Of a stretch of DNA of 64,000 bases, positions 1-12,105 are shown in pieces. The stretch spans positions 558,001-622,000 of the forward strand of contig NC_059428.1 of assembly GCF_021028975.2 (NCBI RefSeq), written 5' to 3'. Under the pieces are notes generated by a model. It worked only from the letters and a program-made list of their open reading frames with translations. It had not been told where the DNA came from and did not search any database. How positions within the stretch are numbered: position 1 is the stretch's first letter; every line of letters begins with the position of its first letter. This DNA comes from Sphaerodactylus townsendi (lineage: Eukaryota). The position numbers and the translations under genes are program-made.

Positions 1-118
1 GCCAGGTGGGCCACGAGCGGCGGCTGTGCTGCTGCCGCCCCCCGCCCGGCCCCGCCGGTCCCCGCGTCGCCCCCGGCCGCAGCGCTCGGACGACCAGCTC
101 GGTAATAGGAAGGGGGCT

Positions 119-124
119 TTTATT
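119..124 (-). terminator. Probable HIPK4 polyadenylation signal AATAAA
   Basis: tttatt on + strand, ~165 nt past the stop, inside otherwise GC-rich sequence. Confidence 0.6.
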
Positions 125-287
125 AGCGCACGCGGCTCCGCAGCCAGGACCCGCCTCTAAATCTCCGGGGCTACGAAGGACTCTGTCGTCGTCGTCGGCG
201 GGCGGGCGGGCGAGCGAGCGAGCGGGCCGGTCGCCCTCCCCCCGCCGCCGCCGCCGCCGCCGCCGCCGCCTCTTGCTGGGCCGCCGA

Positions 288-476
288 TCAGTGGTGGCTG
301 GCGATGTGCTGCAGGAAGGGCTGGAGCGCCGGGCGGCCCCGAGGGCCCTGGAGCAGCGCCTGCGGCGGCGGGAGGGCGCTCCTCTCCAGGCCGGGCTGCA
401 CCAGCCAGTCATCGTGGGGCTGCCAGATGTGGGGCCGCGGGGCGGCGGCCGGCTCAAGGACCTCCGGGGGCGCTTG
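288..476 (-). CDS. HIPK4: HIPK4 last coding exon
   Basis: Acceptor tctctttggcag|CAA, phase 0. Encodes QAPPEVLEP...FLQHIASHH*, like the human end FLQHVTGHH*. Confidence 0.88.
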   Translation of the reverse strand, partial: QAPPEVLEPAAAPRPHIWQPHDDWLVQPGLERSALPPPQALLQGPRGRPALQPFLQHIASHH

Positions 477-720
477 CTGCCAAAGAGAGAGGGGGACACG
501 CGTTACTCGCCGGCCTGGCTGTTGCCCCCGCCCTCCTGGGCTGCTTGCGCGCAGCCCCCTTCCGGGGGGGGGGAGCCCCACAGCCCTGCCTGGAGAGTCC
601 CAGCAGCAGCAGCAGCAGGCGCCAGAAGCTCCTCCCTCTGTGGGATTTCTGCACCACCTGGGATTTCTGGGATCTCTGTCTCCCAACACCCCCGTTCCAG
701 CAGGCCTTCTGCACTGGGCA

Positions 721-1020
721 AGAAGGAGCAGAGGAGGAGTTTGGATTGGAGTCTCCTGCAAGGAGACGCAAAAGGACTGACAATCTTCTTTCCCTTCCCC
801 CCCCCCCCCAACAAACACCCTGTGAGGTGGGTGCAGCTGAGAGAGCCTCAAAGAACTGTGACTAGCCCAAGGTCACCCAGCTGGCATGTGTTGGAGCACA
901 CAAGCTACTCTACTTCCTCAGATAAGCCTCCACAGCTCAAGTGACAGAGCAGGGAATCAAATGCAGTTCTCCAGATTAGAGTGCACCTGCTCTCTACACC
1001 ACTACACCAAGTTGGCTCTC
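721..1020 (-). mobile_element. Squam3-like tRNA-derived SINE
   Basis: Reverse complement of the copies at 40826, 57713 and 62240; tRNA-like head GGTGTAGTGG..TTTGATTCC and body GGGTGACCTTGGGCTAGTCACAG. Confidence 0.8.
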
Positions 1021-1348
1021 TTGCCCCAGGGCTGCACTTTCTCTCCAGACCACTCAGCCAGGGGGCCGTGGACCATGTTCAGAGGCGAGGCAGCTCCAAA
1101 GTGGATCTGGAGGCATCCAGGAGAAGGGGCCCTGCTGCATTTGTCTTTGCTGCTGCTGCTGCCATTGCACAGTCAAGGGCACCAATACCTGTGCTTCCTG
1201 CCCCCCCCCCCTGCCCCCACACGCTAAGGATAACTTCAGAACCAGGGGGAGATTCTGCTTTTCACCCTTTCACTCCTCTGCCAGCCCCTCCCACCCTCAC
1301 TCAGTTGGTTTCTAGAAAAGGTGAACATGTCTTTCATGGCCAGATTCA

Positions 1349-1563
1349 ACTGGCTGTTGTGGGTTTCCGGGCTGTGTGGCCGTGGTCTGGTAGATCTTGT
1401 CCCTAATGTTCCACCTGCATCTGTGGCCAGCATCTTTACAGGTGTTAACACACTTCTCTCTGTGATATACCTCTGAAAATGCCAGCCACAGATGCAGGTG
1501 CAATGTTAGGAACAACATCTACCAGACCATGGCCACACAGCCCGGAAACCCACAACAACCAGT
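1349..1563. mobile_element. Penelope-like element terminal repeats in inverted arrangement (~100-bp arms)
   Basis: 1349-1448 is an imperfect reverse complement of 1463-1563; same family at 38880-39170 and 59408-59690; degenerate hammerhead-like core. Confidence 0.7.
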
Positions 1564-2914
1564 AGAAATGCCTCTTTGTCATTTTTTCCTGCTGAGCTGC
1601 TGACCCAGCTGCCATTGCTGGTAGAGGGTGACTAAAAAGCCAAAGTTCTTGTGTCAGGGACTAAGGCCTTGTTGGTGGTATCCCTGCCTCCGGGATTTCT
1701 GGAACAGACTCATGTCATGCCCTCTATGCAAGACTGCCTTTGAAGACTGTATGACACTCCAGCTGTGCAAACTGCTGGATTCACACTTCCGTCTGGTGCC
1801 AGTGGCTTCCATCATACTACCCCAGTGCTAACTCAGTTGCAACTGCTTTTTGTAGTTTTCTCAAGCTAACTTTGGCCTTTGAAGCCCCACAGAGTCCGTG
1901 CAATTGTTCCATCTGCAACAGCCCTTCCCCCACTCCCAAGGTCTTGGGTCGGTTGGAGTGACCCTGTTTCAATGCCCGCTGTGCAGGGAGGGCAGGCTGG
2001 CTTCCAGCAGCACCAGGACTGCTTTGGGGAGCCTCGGTGCGTGGTCCCCTCTTCCAAGCTCAATCAGTACCTATTTTCCTGGGGGGAGAGTCTGAGCTCC
2101 CTTCAGGAGATGAAAGACAGAAGGAGTGTTGACTTCTCCCCTAAAAACCCTGTTAGCCCTTCAGGGGCTGCTGTTTTGGGATCTAGGGGTTTTAACTGCA
2201 GACCCTCTGAAACTTTTGATGAAAGCCGTTCTTTGCGGCTTTCCTTGTGCTGCCAACGCTCTGCTGTTACTTGAGATTAAATTTTTTAATTGCTGTTACA
2301 TTTTCATTTCTTGTACTTTGAAGCCTTCTGTGCCTCCCCAAATGGCTTCCTGAGGCCAGCAGCCTGGATCACATGTCAAGGACACACACACATGCGTGCG
2401 TGCACACACACCCTGCCCCCATTGGAGGCACCTTTCCCTACCCTACATGCATCATTTTTAAAAGCCAACAGGGAAGGAAGGAGATTGGGTGCGTGTGTTT
2501 GATTCCAGTGTTGAAACACGTCTTTGGCCAGCATTGTGGCTGCACGCTTTCTGGAGGTTGGAGAGGGGACACCTTTGCCCAGGGCCCAGAGCTGAACTGA
2601 CTTCAAGAGAAGTTGGAGCAGAGTCCTGGTTTGTCTGAAAGTGTCTTATCAAGACCTGTCTTCGTTCCCTGCTCCTGGACCCCCCACCAAGGCACAGGGC
2701 TGGCCACCGGGGCCACCAGCGGGCTGAACTAGCTGCACCCCCGGCCGGGGTGAGATGGACCAGGAGCCTGGCTTGCTGGAGCAAAGCAGGGGTTAACTGT
2801 ACTTCTAACCTGTGTTTGAGGGTCCTGCACCCTTGTCTGACCGCACCCCCCCCCCCGCCATTACCATGGAGCGTTGTTTCACCATAGCCAGATGAGTCGA
2901 GTAGTTCCTGTTAC

Positions 2915-4547
2915 CTGCACGGTCGGTGAAAGCCTCAGGCCCTCCCTGACACTGGGCTCTGGCAGGGACGTGGCGCTGCCGCTGCTGCCCTTCTCCCAGT
3001 CGGCCGCATCCTCAGGGGAGCTCTGTCCCAGCAGAATGAGGTTGTTGAAGGTGAGGTCAGCCTGGGCGTGGCGGGATGCCCTGCGGTGCTTGGGACTACT
3101 TTGCCGGTTCCTGTAGTAGGCAGGATGGAAACCTGCTCATGCACCGCCCAGGCAAAGGATTTTAGTGGAGGTTCGTACGTGGACCAGAGGAGATTAAGCC
3201 TCTGCCAGAACTGGAGAGAACAATGTAAAGCCCTCCTTCGTCCCACACCGTTAAGGGCAGGTCCTGACCGGCCTCGGCCAGGCTCAGGTCGTCCATTTGG
3301 CTGGTGGTCCGCTGGACACTGTGGGCATTCTCCTCTGGGAAGGACTCCTGCGTGGTATAAAAGTGCTCCTCTTCTACAGCACCGTACACCTGCATGCCCT
3401 CCTCCTCCTCCTCCCCCCCCCCAGCCTTGCTGCTGTTGGGCAACGAGTCCTGCAGGCTCCGCAGGCATGCCTGGTAATACTGGGTGATGCTGTAGTTCTG
3501 CTTGAGCGGCTGCGTCGTTATGTGGGGGTGCTTCAGAGCTGCACCGGGGGTGATGCGCTCGTGGGAGTCCCAGGTCAGCATCCTCTTGATGAGCTCCACC
3601 ATGCTCCGCAGATCAAAGTATTCGGCCAAGGCTTCGGTGTCTGGGTAGATCATCTTGTGGACGTTCAGTGTCTCCATCTGGTCTAGAGACTTCAGCACGT
3701 ACTTTCTCCGCTCCACTGACTTCACCTTGGTATCTGCCAGATACTCCCCTGGGGTTTTCAGCTGCCAGGTGTTGACCAAGTCTTGATGCTGCCCCCTTTT
3801 GAAGAAAAGGTGGGCCTTCCTGGCTGCGTTGAGAAGGGTGTGCCTGGGCACCCCTTGAGTCTCGCAGATGTACCGGATCTGGTCATACTCGTTGTTCCCC
3901 GGGTACAAGGGCCAGCCAAGGTGGAGCTCTGCCACGACACAGCCCAAGGACCACACGTCCACTTTCTCACAAAACGGCAAGCCCAGCAGTATCTCTGGAG
4001 CCCGATAGAACCTGGACTGGATATATGGCTCTTTGACATAGCGCACCTCGTTGAAGATGCTGGCCGAGCCAAAGTCGATCACCTTGACCCGGAAAGGGTA
4101 TCTGACCTGGTCTACTAGCATGATGTTCTCGGGCTTCAGGTCTGCATGGATGATGGACAGCTCTTTCAGCTTGGACAGGGCTCTTAGCACCTGTGTGGTC
4201 ACTGTGCGTATGTGCCGGACAGGCAAAGGAGAGAAGTTGTGCTCTTTCTGGTAGTCAAAGAGGTTCTGTTCCAGGAGTTCGAAGACCAGGTAGAACTTGA
4301 GCTCGTCATGGAAGAACTCGTGAAACTGGACAATGTGTGACTCCTCTGCATCCACTTCTGTCATGGTCTGCAGCAGCTTCAGCTCATTCTTGATGATCCT
4401 GCTCCGGTAGGAGTCATTCTTCAGGATCTTTATGGCCACCATCTCCCCGCTGCTCCTCTTCCAGCTCTTTACCACTTCCCCAAATGTGCCCTTCCCCAGG
4501 ATCTCGAACACGTCGTAGCAGTCAGACGCCGACTGAATTGTGACCAT
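2915..4547 (-). CDS. HIPK4: HIPK4 large coding exon: whole CMGC kinase domain plus most of the C-terminal tail; two apparent frameshifts at ~3123 and ~3180-3240
   Basis: ATG at 4547 gives MVTIQSASDCYDVFEILGKGTFGEV..VAIK..HADLKPEN..DFG..EPYIQSRFYRAPE. After the shifts the frame reads AYYRNRQSSPKH..FNNLILLGQSSPED, matching the human HIPK4 tail. Donor CAG|GTAACA at 2915/2914, phase 0. Confidence 0.93.
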
Positions 4548-5540
4548 CGTTCTGGGCTTGCCCAAACTCAGAAACACGGATGCAAAGTGGCTTCTTGCAA
4601 ACAGAGGTTCAGCTTTCTTGGAGCAGAGAGAACTCCGACCCTTCTCTGGAACAGCAGGTGATGTCACAGTCAGCTTGGTTCCAAAGTTGCCGCGTTAAAA
4701 AGGTTCTGTTGTGGAAGTTGGTGGCCTCCCCCACTTTGGAACTGCTGACAGGACTGCCCCCTCCCTGCAGCTGTTTCCTTCAAATAATCACCCCAAAGGA
4801 CCAAGGCCTCATTCCCACATTCAGAACAGGTCCACTTTCAGAGATTTCAGATTCCCTGGGGAACCTACGGTATCTCTGGATGCTGGTGGAGTGCTCTTGG
4901 CTAAAGTTTGGTTTCCGCAAACGAAGGGGGCCTTCCTCCTCTTTTCCCTCCCTCCTTGACTGAGCAGGTGCGCAAGTGTGGCCCTGATCCTCAGCATGTG
5001 AAGCCTTCCTCTTGCCTGCCGTGGAAGCAGGGCTGCAGGCCTGTCTTGCTTCTGGCTCATTCCTGCTGCCTGACTTTGAAGCTGAGGTCAGATGAACAGT
5101 GCACCATTTTGCTTCGCTATTTGGAGAGGTATGGTGAGAGATTTTTTTTTTCCATGGAAGGGAGATATTTCTGCAAAGTTTGAGAGCCTCCAGCACAGAG
5201 ACTCATGCAAGGTAGCTGCTCCTTCCTGGCTCACCCCCAACCCCTACTATGGTATGTCTGATGGAAGACAGACATATTTCACAAAATGGACTGCATTTCA
5301 TTATTGTGCATTTTACAGGCTTTTGGAGGGAAAGTTGCTACATGTGAAGAAGACCACAGAGGTAGAGCCAGGCCAGCTCTCAAAGGAAATCCAGGCAGGA
5401 GGAGAGGCGCTCTCAAAGGGACATGTCAGTTCCTAGGACTTGGGTATCAGATTTTCTTTGTTAAAGGGAGGTCTTCAAAGGGAGCCCCTGAAGGGATTGG
5501 GGGGAGGGGGGGGAGGTGGCAGTAGGCACTGCACTGCTCA

Positions 5541-5672
5541 NNNNNNNNNNNNNNNNNNNNNNNNNNNNNNNNNNNNNNNNNNNNNNNNNNNNNNNNNNNN
5601 NNNNNNNNNNNNNNNNNNNNNNNNNNNNNNNNNNNNNNNNNNNNNNNNNNNNNNNNNNNNNNNNNNNNNNNN
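5541..5672. other. Assembly gap (132 N)
   Basis: Run of N. Confidence 1.
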
Positions 5673-6024
5673 GAATCCATGACCAAATGCTTTAGGTAAG
5701 CCACACTGGCTGGAGGGGGCCAAAACGCCAGCTAGCTCCGCCTGTCTGCATTCTCTTAGTGCCCCAGTGGCGGGGCCTTGGTTTTGGACCAGTGGCACAC
5801 AAGACATTTCTCCAGCCCGTGCAGGGTGCTTTCTGGAACACACCCAGAAGGCTCTGCATAGGCTGGTTGCAGAAGCTGTGTGCTGGAGTGAGAGAAAAAT
5901 GGCAGCAGCCCTCCCATGCACTGGGCATACAGATGGATTTGCAAACGGTCTAGGGGTCTCCCCCCACCCGACCCACAACTGACAAAATGATGCAAAATGA
6001 AGCAAAGTTAGTCCACAGATTAAT

Positions 6025-6030
6025 TTTATT
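6025..6030 (-). terminator. Probable PRX polyadenylation signal AATAAA
   Basis: tttatt on + strand, ~1.1 kb past the PRX stop; a second copy lies at ~6084. Confidence 0.5.
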
Positions 6031-7132
6031 CAAACCCAGACTGGGAGGTGGGAGAAGAATGCGTCAGGGACCCACAGAACATCTTTATTTTGAAAAGTAA
6101 TTTGACATGCCATCTGGCAGAGGTGGTTACTGGGAATGTTAGTGGCAAAAACTTGAAGCCTATCACAGCAGGCCTGCATTGTTAAAAATTAAACTGAAAG
6201 ACTTATGTACATCTCAGAACAACAAGAAATTATTTCTGGCCCTTTCCTGGGGACCACCTCCATCTTCACACACACCTTTCCCACCCCCTCACCCTGCCAA
6301 GACCCCGCTGGCTTGCTTATCAATGCAAACACAGAACGGCCTAGAGATATTTGACACTTGCAGGACTGGAACTACTTAAACGCTCATTTAAAATCATGCC
6401 ATTGTACCCTTTGCAAGAAAAGAAGAAGACTCATTCAAGTCAAAATGGGGATTACTAGTCAAGCTACCATCATGAAGGGAGGGAGGGAAAGGAAACCAGA
6501 GAAAGTTTTGATAGGGAGAGAAAGGGGAGGCCTAACTCCTTCAAAACATTGTATTGAGTGAGCTGGAAGGGCCCATTCACCAGTGCAGGGATTTCCACAG
6601 GGCGGATGCACAGAGGACAGTGGCTTCCACCTCACTTGAGCTCAGCCCGCCAGCTTCCCTTGGGAGAAAAGAGAGCCTCTTGCCACCCCCACCATTCAGC
6701 CTCTGCTGGGAATGGCGGTCAGCTCTTTTCGGAGTTGCTTGTGCAGATGTCAGAGCAACCATCTTTTTGCCCCTTGTTTTAAATATAGCTTTTATAAAAG
6801 GGAATGAGGGCCAGCGGAAGGTTGTCCAGTCGATTGTCAGCAGACAAGCTTCCTAACATTAGAGTGAGCAAGCAAGCTGGCACCAAGAAAACCCCCTCCG
6901 AGGGATACTGCCCAGGGCAGCTGCTTGTATAGGTGAATGGGACAATTCACGTGCGGCACCTGGTTTGTCCACGAGGAAGACAAGATGTCTTTGGAGTGGA
7001 GCTTAGTGGGGGTGGGGTGGGGGGCTCATCCCTTTGGATGGCCTCCCCCCCCCGCCCCCGCCTGTGGTTAGTGCTAAATATCCCGTGGGAAGGAAGCCCA
7101 GCATCAGCAGAGCGGCCGTGGGCCTCCTGGCC

Positions 7133-10100
7133 TCACACTGCAGCTGTCCCCTCCCCTCCTGTCTCCTCAGAGAAGCCCACCCTGGGCAATTGGACTTCCA
7201 GACCCTGTTCAGAGCCCTCCCCAGCCTCGCCTGCCCTGGCCTCCCCCTTGGGAGTCATTTCCAGCACGCTGTGGGAGCCAGGGCTCAGGGCCACCTTTGG
7301 AAACTTAAACTTGGGGGACTTCTCCCCCTTGAGGGCGGAGTCACCTCTTTTCAGGGAGGCCATCTGTGTTTGGGCAGCGGAAGAAACCACAGCTCCAGGG
7401 GCAGCCTCCCCGTTTCTCTTCCTGAAGCCCAAGAAAGCGATTTGGGGGGGCTTGAACTTGAGAGCTGCAGAAGGGCCCAGGCCTCCTGAGGCAGCCCTCA
7501 CCAGCTTGAGGCTGAGCTCAGAGTCGTTCTCAGCCAGCATGGAGGGGGAAGGGAGCTCCACCCGGGGCAGCTGCATCTTGCCCTGCTTGCCCTTGCCGCC
7601 TTCAGCCCCATTTTGCAGCGCAGTCTTGGCTCTCTCCCCGCCGAACTGGGCGCCGCCCTCTCCCTTGGAAAAGCCCAGATTGGGCAGCTTCTGTTTGGAG
7701 GCTCCGCTCTCCAGCTCCCCGTTGACGACCAGCAAGCCCATTTTCAGCTTGGAGAGGGACAGCCCCAGCCTGAGCCTGCCCCCGACCCCTTTGCCCTCCG
7801 TCCCCTCGTCTCCCTCCAGCAGCCCAGAAGAGCCTTCCACCCCACTCTCTTTGGACCTTCCCAGCCCAAAAGGGGACTTCTTGGCCTTGGCTTCTGCTTC
7901 ATGCCCCAAAATACTTTCCCCTGCTTTGGGCATGGACAACCCAAACTTTGGGATCTTTACTTTGTACTTCTTCCCTGCCTCCACATCAGAGGCCTCCCCT
8001 TTGCACCCTGGGATCTTCCAGCCGTCGCTGCTGGCACGGACTCTCCTGCTGGCCACTTCCAGCTGGGCCTGCGCCACTTCATATTCCACGCGAGCCTTCA
8101 GAGTTGGTGCTGAGAGCTCTAGGCCAGGCACTCGGAAGATGGCTCTCTTTCCATCCAGGTGTTGGGGAAGGGTTGCTTCCCGGCCTCCTCTGGGGATCGA
8201 TACCCCCAGTGCTGGGATCCTGATTTTGGGCATCTTCAACCTGCCCTCAAACCCCTCAGTTTCCAGACCTTCAGCACATGCCAGTTTCCCTGCTTCTACT
8301 TTGGCCTCCCTCTTGCCACCTTGATCCACAGAGAAACCCAGCGCAATCTGGGGCATTTTGACCGAGACGTCTTCCTCCTTGGGAGAAGGGCAGAGGGGCT
8401 GCCTGTCCACCCTGGGCTCCGTGCTCACCTTGGAGATGCTCAGGGAAGGGATCTTCAGCTTGAACTTGCTGTCAGGGTCGAATGCACCCACCTCCTCCAC
8501 GACCGCGGCTTCTCCTTCTGCCTTGCAAAGGCCAAGGCCACTCAGTGGACAGGGCAGGGTGCCCTGATCTCCCTTGCCCCTGGCTTCTGCACCCAACTTT
8601 GCAGCGCTGCCTCCGAGCTGGGGGACATTCAGCTCGAGCTGTGGCAGGTCCACTTTCACCTCCCCCTCCCCCTCTGCATCCAGGCTTCTAAGTCTGGGCA
8701 GTCTAATTGCTGGGCTGCTCAGCTTGGCTGTGGGCAGCATCTTGCCCCCTTCCGGGCTCCCCTCAAGCTCTTGTTCTGGGGCCCCAGCTTTTGGGGTGGA
8801 GAATACAGGTAGCTCCACAGAAGGCATTCTGAACACCACCTCGGGCCCTACCACAACCCGCTCTCCCTCACTTCTGAACAGCTCCACATCTGGTAGTTGT
8901 GCTTTGGCCACCTGCATCTTGGAGGCTCCAGCAGTGCCTGGCTCTCCTCCGCTTTTGAGCAGCTGCACGTTTGCTGCCCCCCCTCTCACAGACAGTGGCA
9001 GCTCCCACTGGGGCAACTTGCTGCTCACCTCTGCCTCGGGGACTCCACTTGGCCCAGGGGCCTCTCCCCCAGCCGGGGGCAGGCTCAGGTGCAGCTCCAC
9101 TTTGGGCGCGGAGACATCCAGAGATGGTGCTTTGGGCATCCTCCGTTCTCTGGCGTCTGCCTCGGAAGCCTCCGCTCCTCGTCTCCCTGGAGTCAGCTCT
9201 GCTTGGGTTGTAGCGCCAGGCATGGCGATCTCCAGAGAGGGCACATGGACCTTGGGGCTCTCTGACCCCACCAGCAGGGCCTTGTCTGCTTGGGTCTCGG
9301 GGAGGCTGATCTTGGGTAGCTCTACCTGAGGAACTGGAACGTGGCCCAGGTCTGCCTTGGCAGACGGCAGCTTCAGCTTGGCCATCCTGGCCAGGGGGCC
9401 GCGTGGCTTCTCCTTGGGAGCCCCAGCCGCCTTCTTGGCCTTGCTCTTCATTCCTAAACCCACCTCCTCTAGGTCTCTGTGGACCATGCTGAACAATGGC
9501 AGTTTGAACCTGTGCATCTTGGCTTGGGCCTCCTCCTCCTCCTCCTCAGGGGCCTTAGCCCTCCGCCCTCCTGTCAGGGCTCCTCTGCTTCTGCTCAGTT
9601 TGGCCTCCCCCCTCTCAAGCCCCACGTCGCCCTCCTGACCCTTACCCCCAAATGTGGGCAGTGAGAGCTTTGGTATATTTTGCTTGATGTCTGGGAGTTC
9701 TATGCTGAGTTCAGGCAAAGTGCCGGTGCCCTCTTCAACAGGGGACTCTGCCTTCTCTGTGGCCAGGCTGATGCCCACCTTGGGCAGAGCTATGGCAAGA
9801 CCCTGCCGTCTTCTCTCTGAAGGCTCCTCATCAGCTGCTGAGGTTGTCCCCCTTTCCCTGGGAGTTTTCCTTTCTCCCTCTAGGGCTGGTTTGGGGCCCT
9901 CTGCATCTGCCCCCCATTTGGATTTGGGGAAGGAGATCCCAAACTTTGGCATCTTCAACTTCAACCCTTTGTCTGTAGCATCAGGGCCTGCCACCTGTGT
10001 GCTCACTTTCCAGACCTTTGGGCCAGAAATGCCAAATTTGGAAAGAGCAAATTTGGGTGACTTTGGCTTGGTTCCTGTCTCAGGGGACTCACCCCTCTCT

Positions 10101-12105
10101 AGGGTCACCTCTGGGAACTTTATGGCTGAAACTCCCATGGAAGACAGCTTCCCCTCTCCACCCCTGGCCAAGCCTGCCGATTCTGGCTTCCCCTTGTGAA
10201 CCAAGCCAGCCTCTCCTGATTCCTCTTTGCTTACAGCGAGACCCACTTTAGGAAGTCTGGCAACGATTGCCTCCGCATCCAGCTCTGCAGCGGCCCCCCC
10301 ACCTGCCTGTTGTTCAGACTGGCCATTCCTGCACTGGGGGACACTGATCTCTACCTCGAAGTCTCTGCTCAGAGTCCCAAGCGGGGGCATTTTTAACTTA
10401 GCGTCATGGTCCCTGGATGTGTGATTGGACTCCGTGCCCTCGCTGTCAACCTTAGGCAAACTGAGCTCGATGCCAACTCTGGGCAAATCAAGTTCAAGGG
10501 CCGGCGCAGTGGTCAAAGGAAAACTCAGTCGGGCCACAGGGAGGGCTACCTCCACCTGTGGCCTGTCCACACAGAGGTCCAACTCTGGTTTCGGAACATG
10601 CCCCTTAGGAAACTGCACTTCCAGTGACTTCCCTGCTGGCAAGGACAGATCCAGTGTGGGGACACTGCCCTTCCCACCAGTATCACCTTTGGGCCATTTG
10701 GGTGCTTGTGGTGGGGAGGGTATTGCCTTGGTGGGGACGGTGCATTTTGGGAGCGACACTTGAGGGATCAGGAGTTCTACTCTGGGCCCTTCTGTAGCCT
10801 CTGTGACCTTCACCCCTGGGGCAGGGACTGCCAGCCCTGCCAAGGCTTTTGGGAGCTGCATGTTAATGACTTGGGGGGCAGAGATATCAAGGGATGGTAC
10901 CTTCAGGGCCAGATGCTTTGTCTTGCTGGCGACCTCTTTGCTCTCTGACACACACTCCATCAAAGAGACGCCTAATCCCAGGGCCTGGCTCTTGGCTTTT
11001 GCCTTTGGGCTTTCCAGTTTCCCCACAGAGAGCTCCACTTGGGGCATCCGACTCTCCCCCTCGTCCTCTCGGGGTCTGGAGCTCAGCCTGACTGGGGGCA
11101 CCTTGATCGAAATGTCTGGGATCTCAATTTTTGGCTTGGGGGCCTCAGCTGGTGCCTTCCCCCTGGGCAGAGGGATCTCTATGTCTACAGAAGGGAGATC
11201 CACACCCAGGGATGGCACTGTCCCCTTCTCTTCTAGCCCCTCAGCTTTGCCTCTTCCTTTTCTCAAGACAACATCAAGGGGGGCCAACTTTCTCTCCGTC
11301 TCTTCAGCAAAGACCCCCACCTTGGGGACTCTGACCTGGAAGCCTTCCCCTTTGAGGGCAACTTCTGGGGCAGCCCCCTCCAGTCTAGGGAGGCTGAGGG
11401 CCACCTCCAGCTTCGGGGCTGTCACTTCAGCTGCCAGGAGTTTCAGTGCAGCGAAGGCACCCTCTTCGGGGGCTTCCAGACCCACGGGGCTCCCCTTAGG
11501 CAGGGCCACCTCCACCTGGGGCAGCCCGAATGGCAGGACTTGGACTGCTGCAGCACCTCCATGGTCAGTACCACCAGCCTTGGGAGAGCGCTCTCCCACA
11601 GGCCCGACTTTTGGAGTGCCAGGGGAAGTCAGGGTCCACCTCTCTTGAGGCCTGGAGATCCCTTTCACTGCCGCCCAGCCTCTCTGGGCTTCTTTCTTTT
11701 GGAGAAGGGGGTGGTGAATGGGGAGGCCTTCCCCCTGGTGCCTCCTTGGGCAGCCTTGGGTGGGGCCACGTGGTGCTGCCCAGCAGCCCCCACTGCCCTT
11801 GCTGCCAGGGCTTCTTTGACCTTCAGCCTGGGGAACTTCAGCTTGCGGCCCTTGGTCTCCAGAGAGGAAAGGAGAGGGGAGAATTCTGGGCTGTGCCCGG
11901 CCACCGCCACCCCCCCTCTGGTGCTCCTGGCCTTGTGCAGCTTGGAGAACATGGGCAAGCAGAACTCCACATCCACCGGAGCCACGTCCTCTGACTTTAC
12001 GCCAATGGGCTCTGGTCCGCCACGGCGCTCTGCCTCCCCGAGGGCCTTGCCCAAGCTTGTCCTGGCCTTCTTGGACTTCTTCAGAGAGGTCAAGCTGCGG
12101 ATGCT
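7133..12105 (-). CDS. PRX: Periaxin giant last coding exon (L-periaxin); at least one apparent frameshift at ~11630-11800
   Basis: Acceptor cccccag|AGC. Reads SIRSLTSLKKSKK..DVAPVDVEFCLPMFSKL (basic NLS region), then a 1511-codon ORF rich in xLPKV-type motifs, ending EKSPKFKFPKVALSP..LPRVGFSE..AAV* as in human PRX. Confidence 0.93.

Larger units (their letters stand above)
1..620. promoter_or_regulatory. CpG island over the HIPK4 3' exon, with a (CCG)n tract at ~241-270
   Basis: Very high GC and CpG density seen directly. Confidence 0.7.

Noticed and set aside
6-944. 312-aa plus-strand ORF, or a possible PLD3 end
   Set aside because: CpG island plus SINE translation; no PLD3 similarity recognisable
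4548-4667. 40-aa N-terminal extension of HIPK4 in the ORF track
   Set aside because: Starts at GTG; the homologous ATG is at 4547
6933-11648. Long plus-strand ORFs (463, 251, 281 aa and others) opposite PRX
   Set aside because: Antisense shadows of a GC-rich, codon-biased giant exon; no recognisable domains
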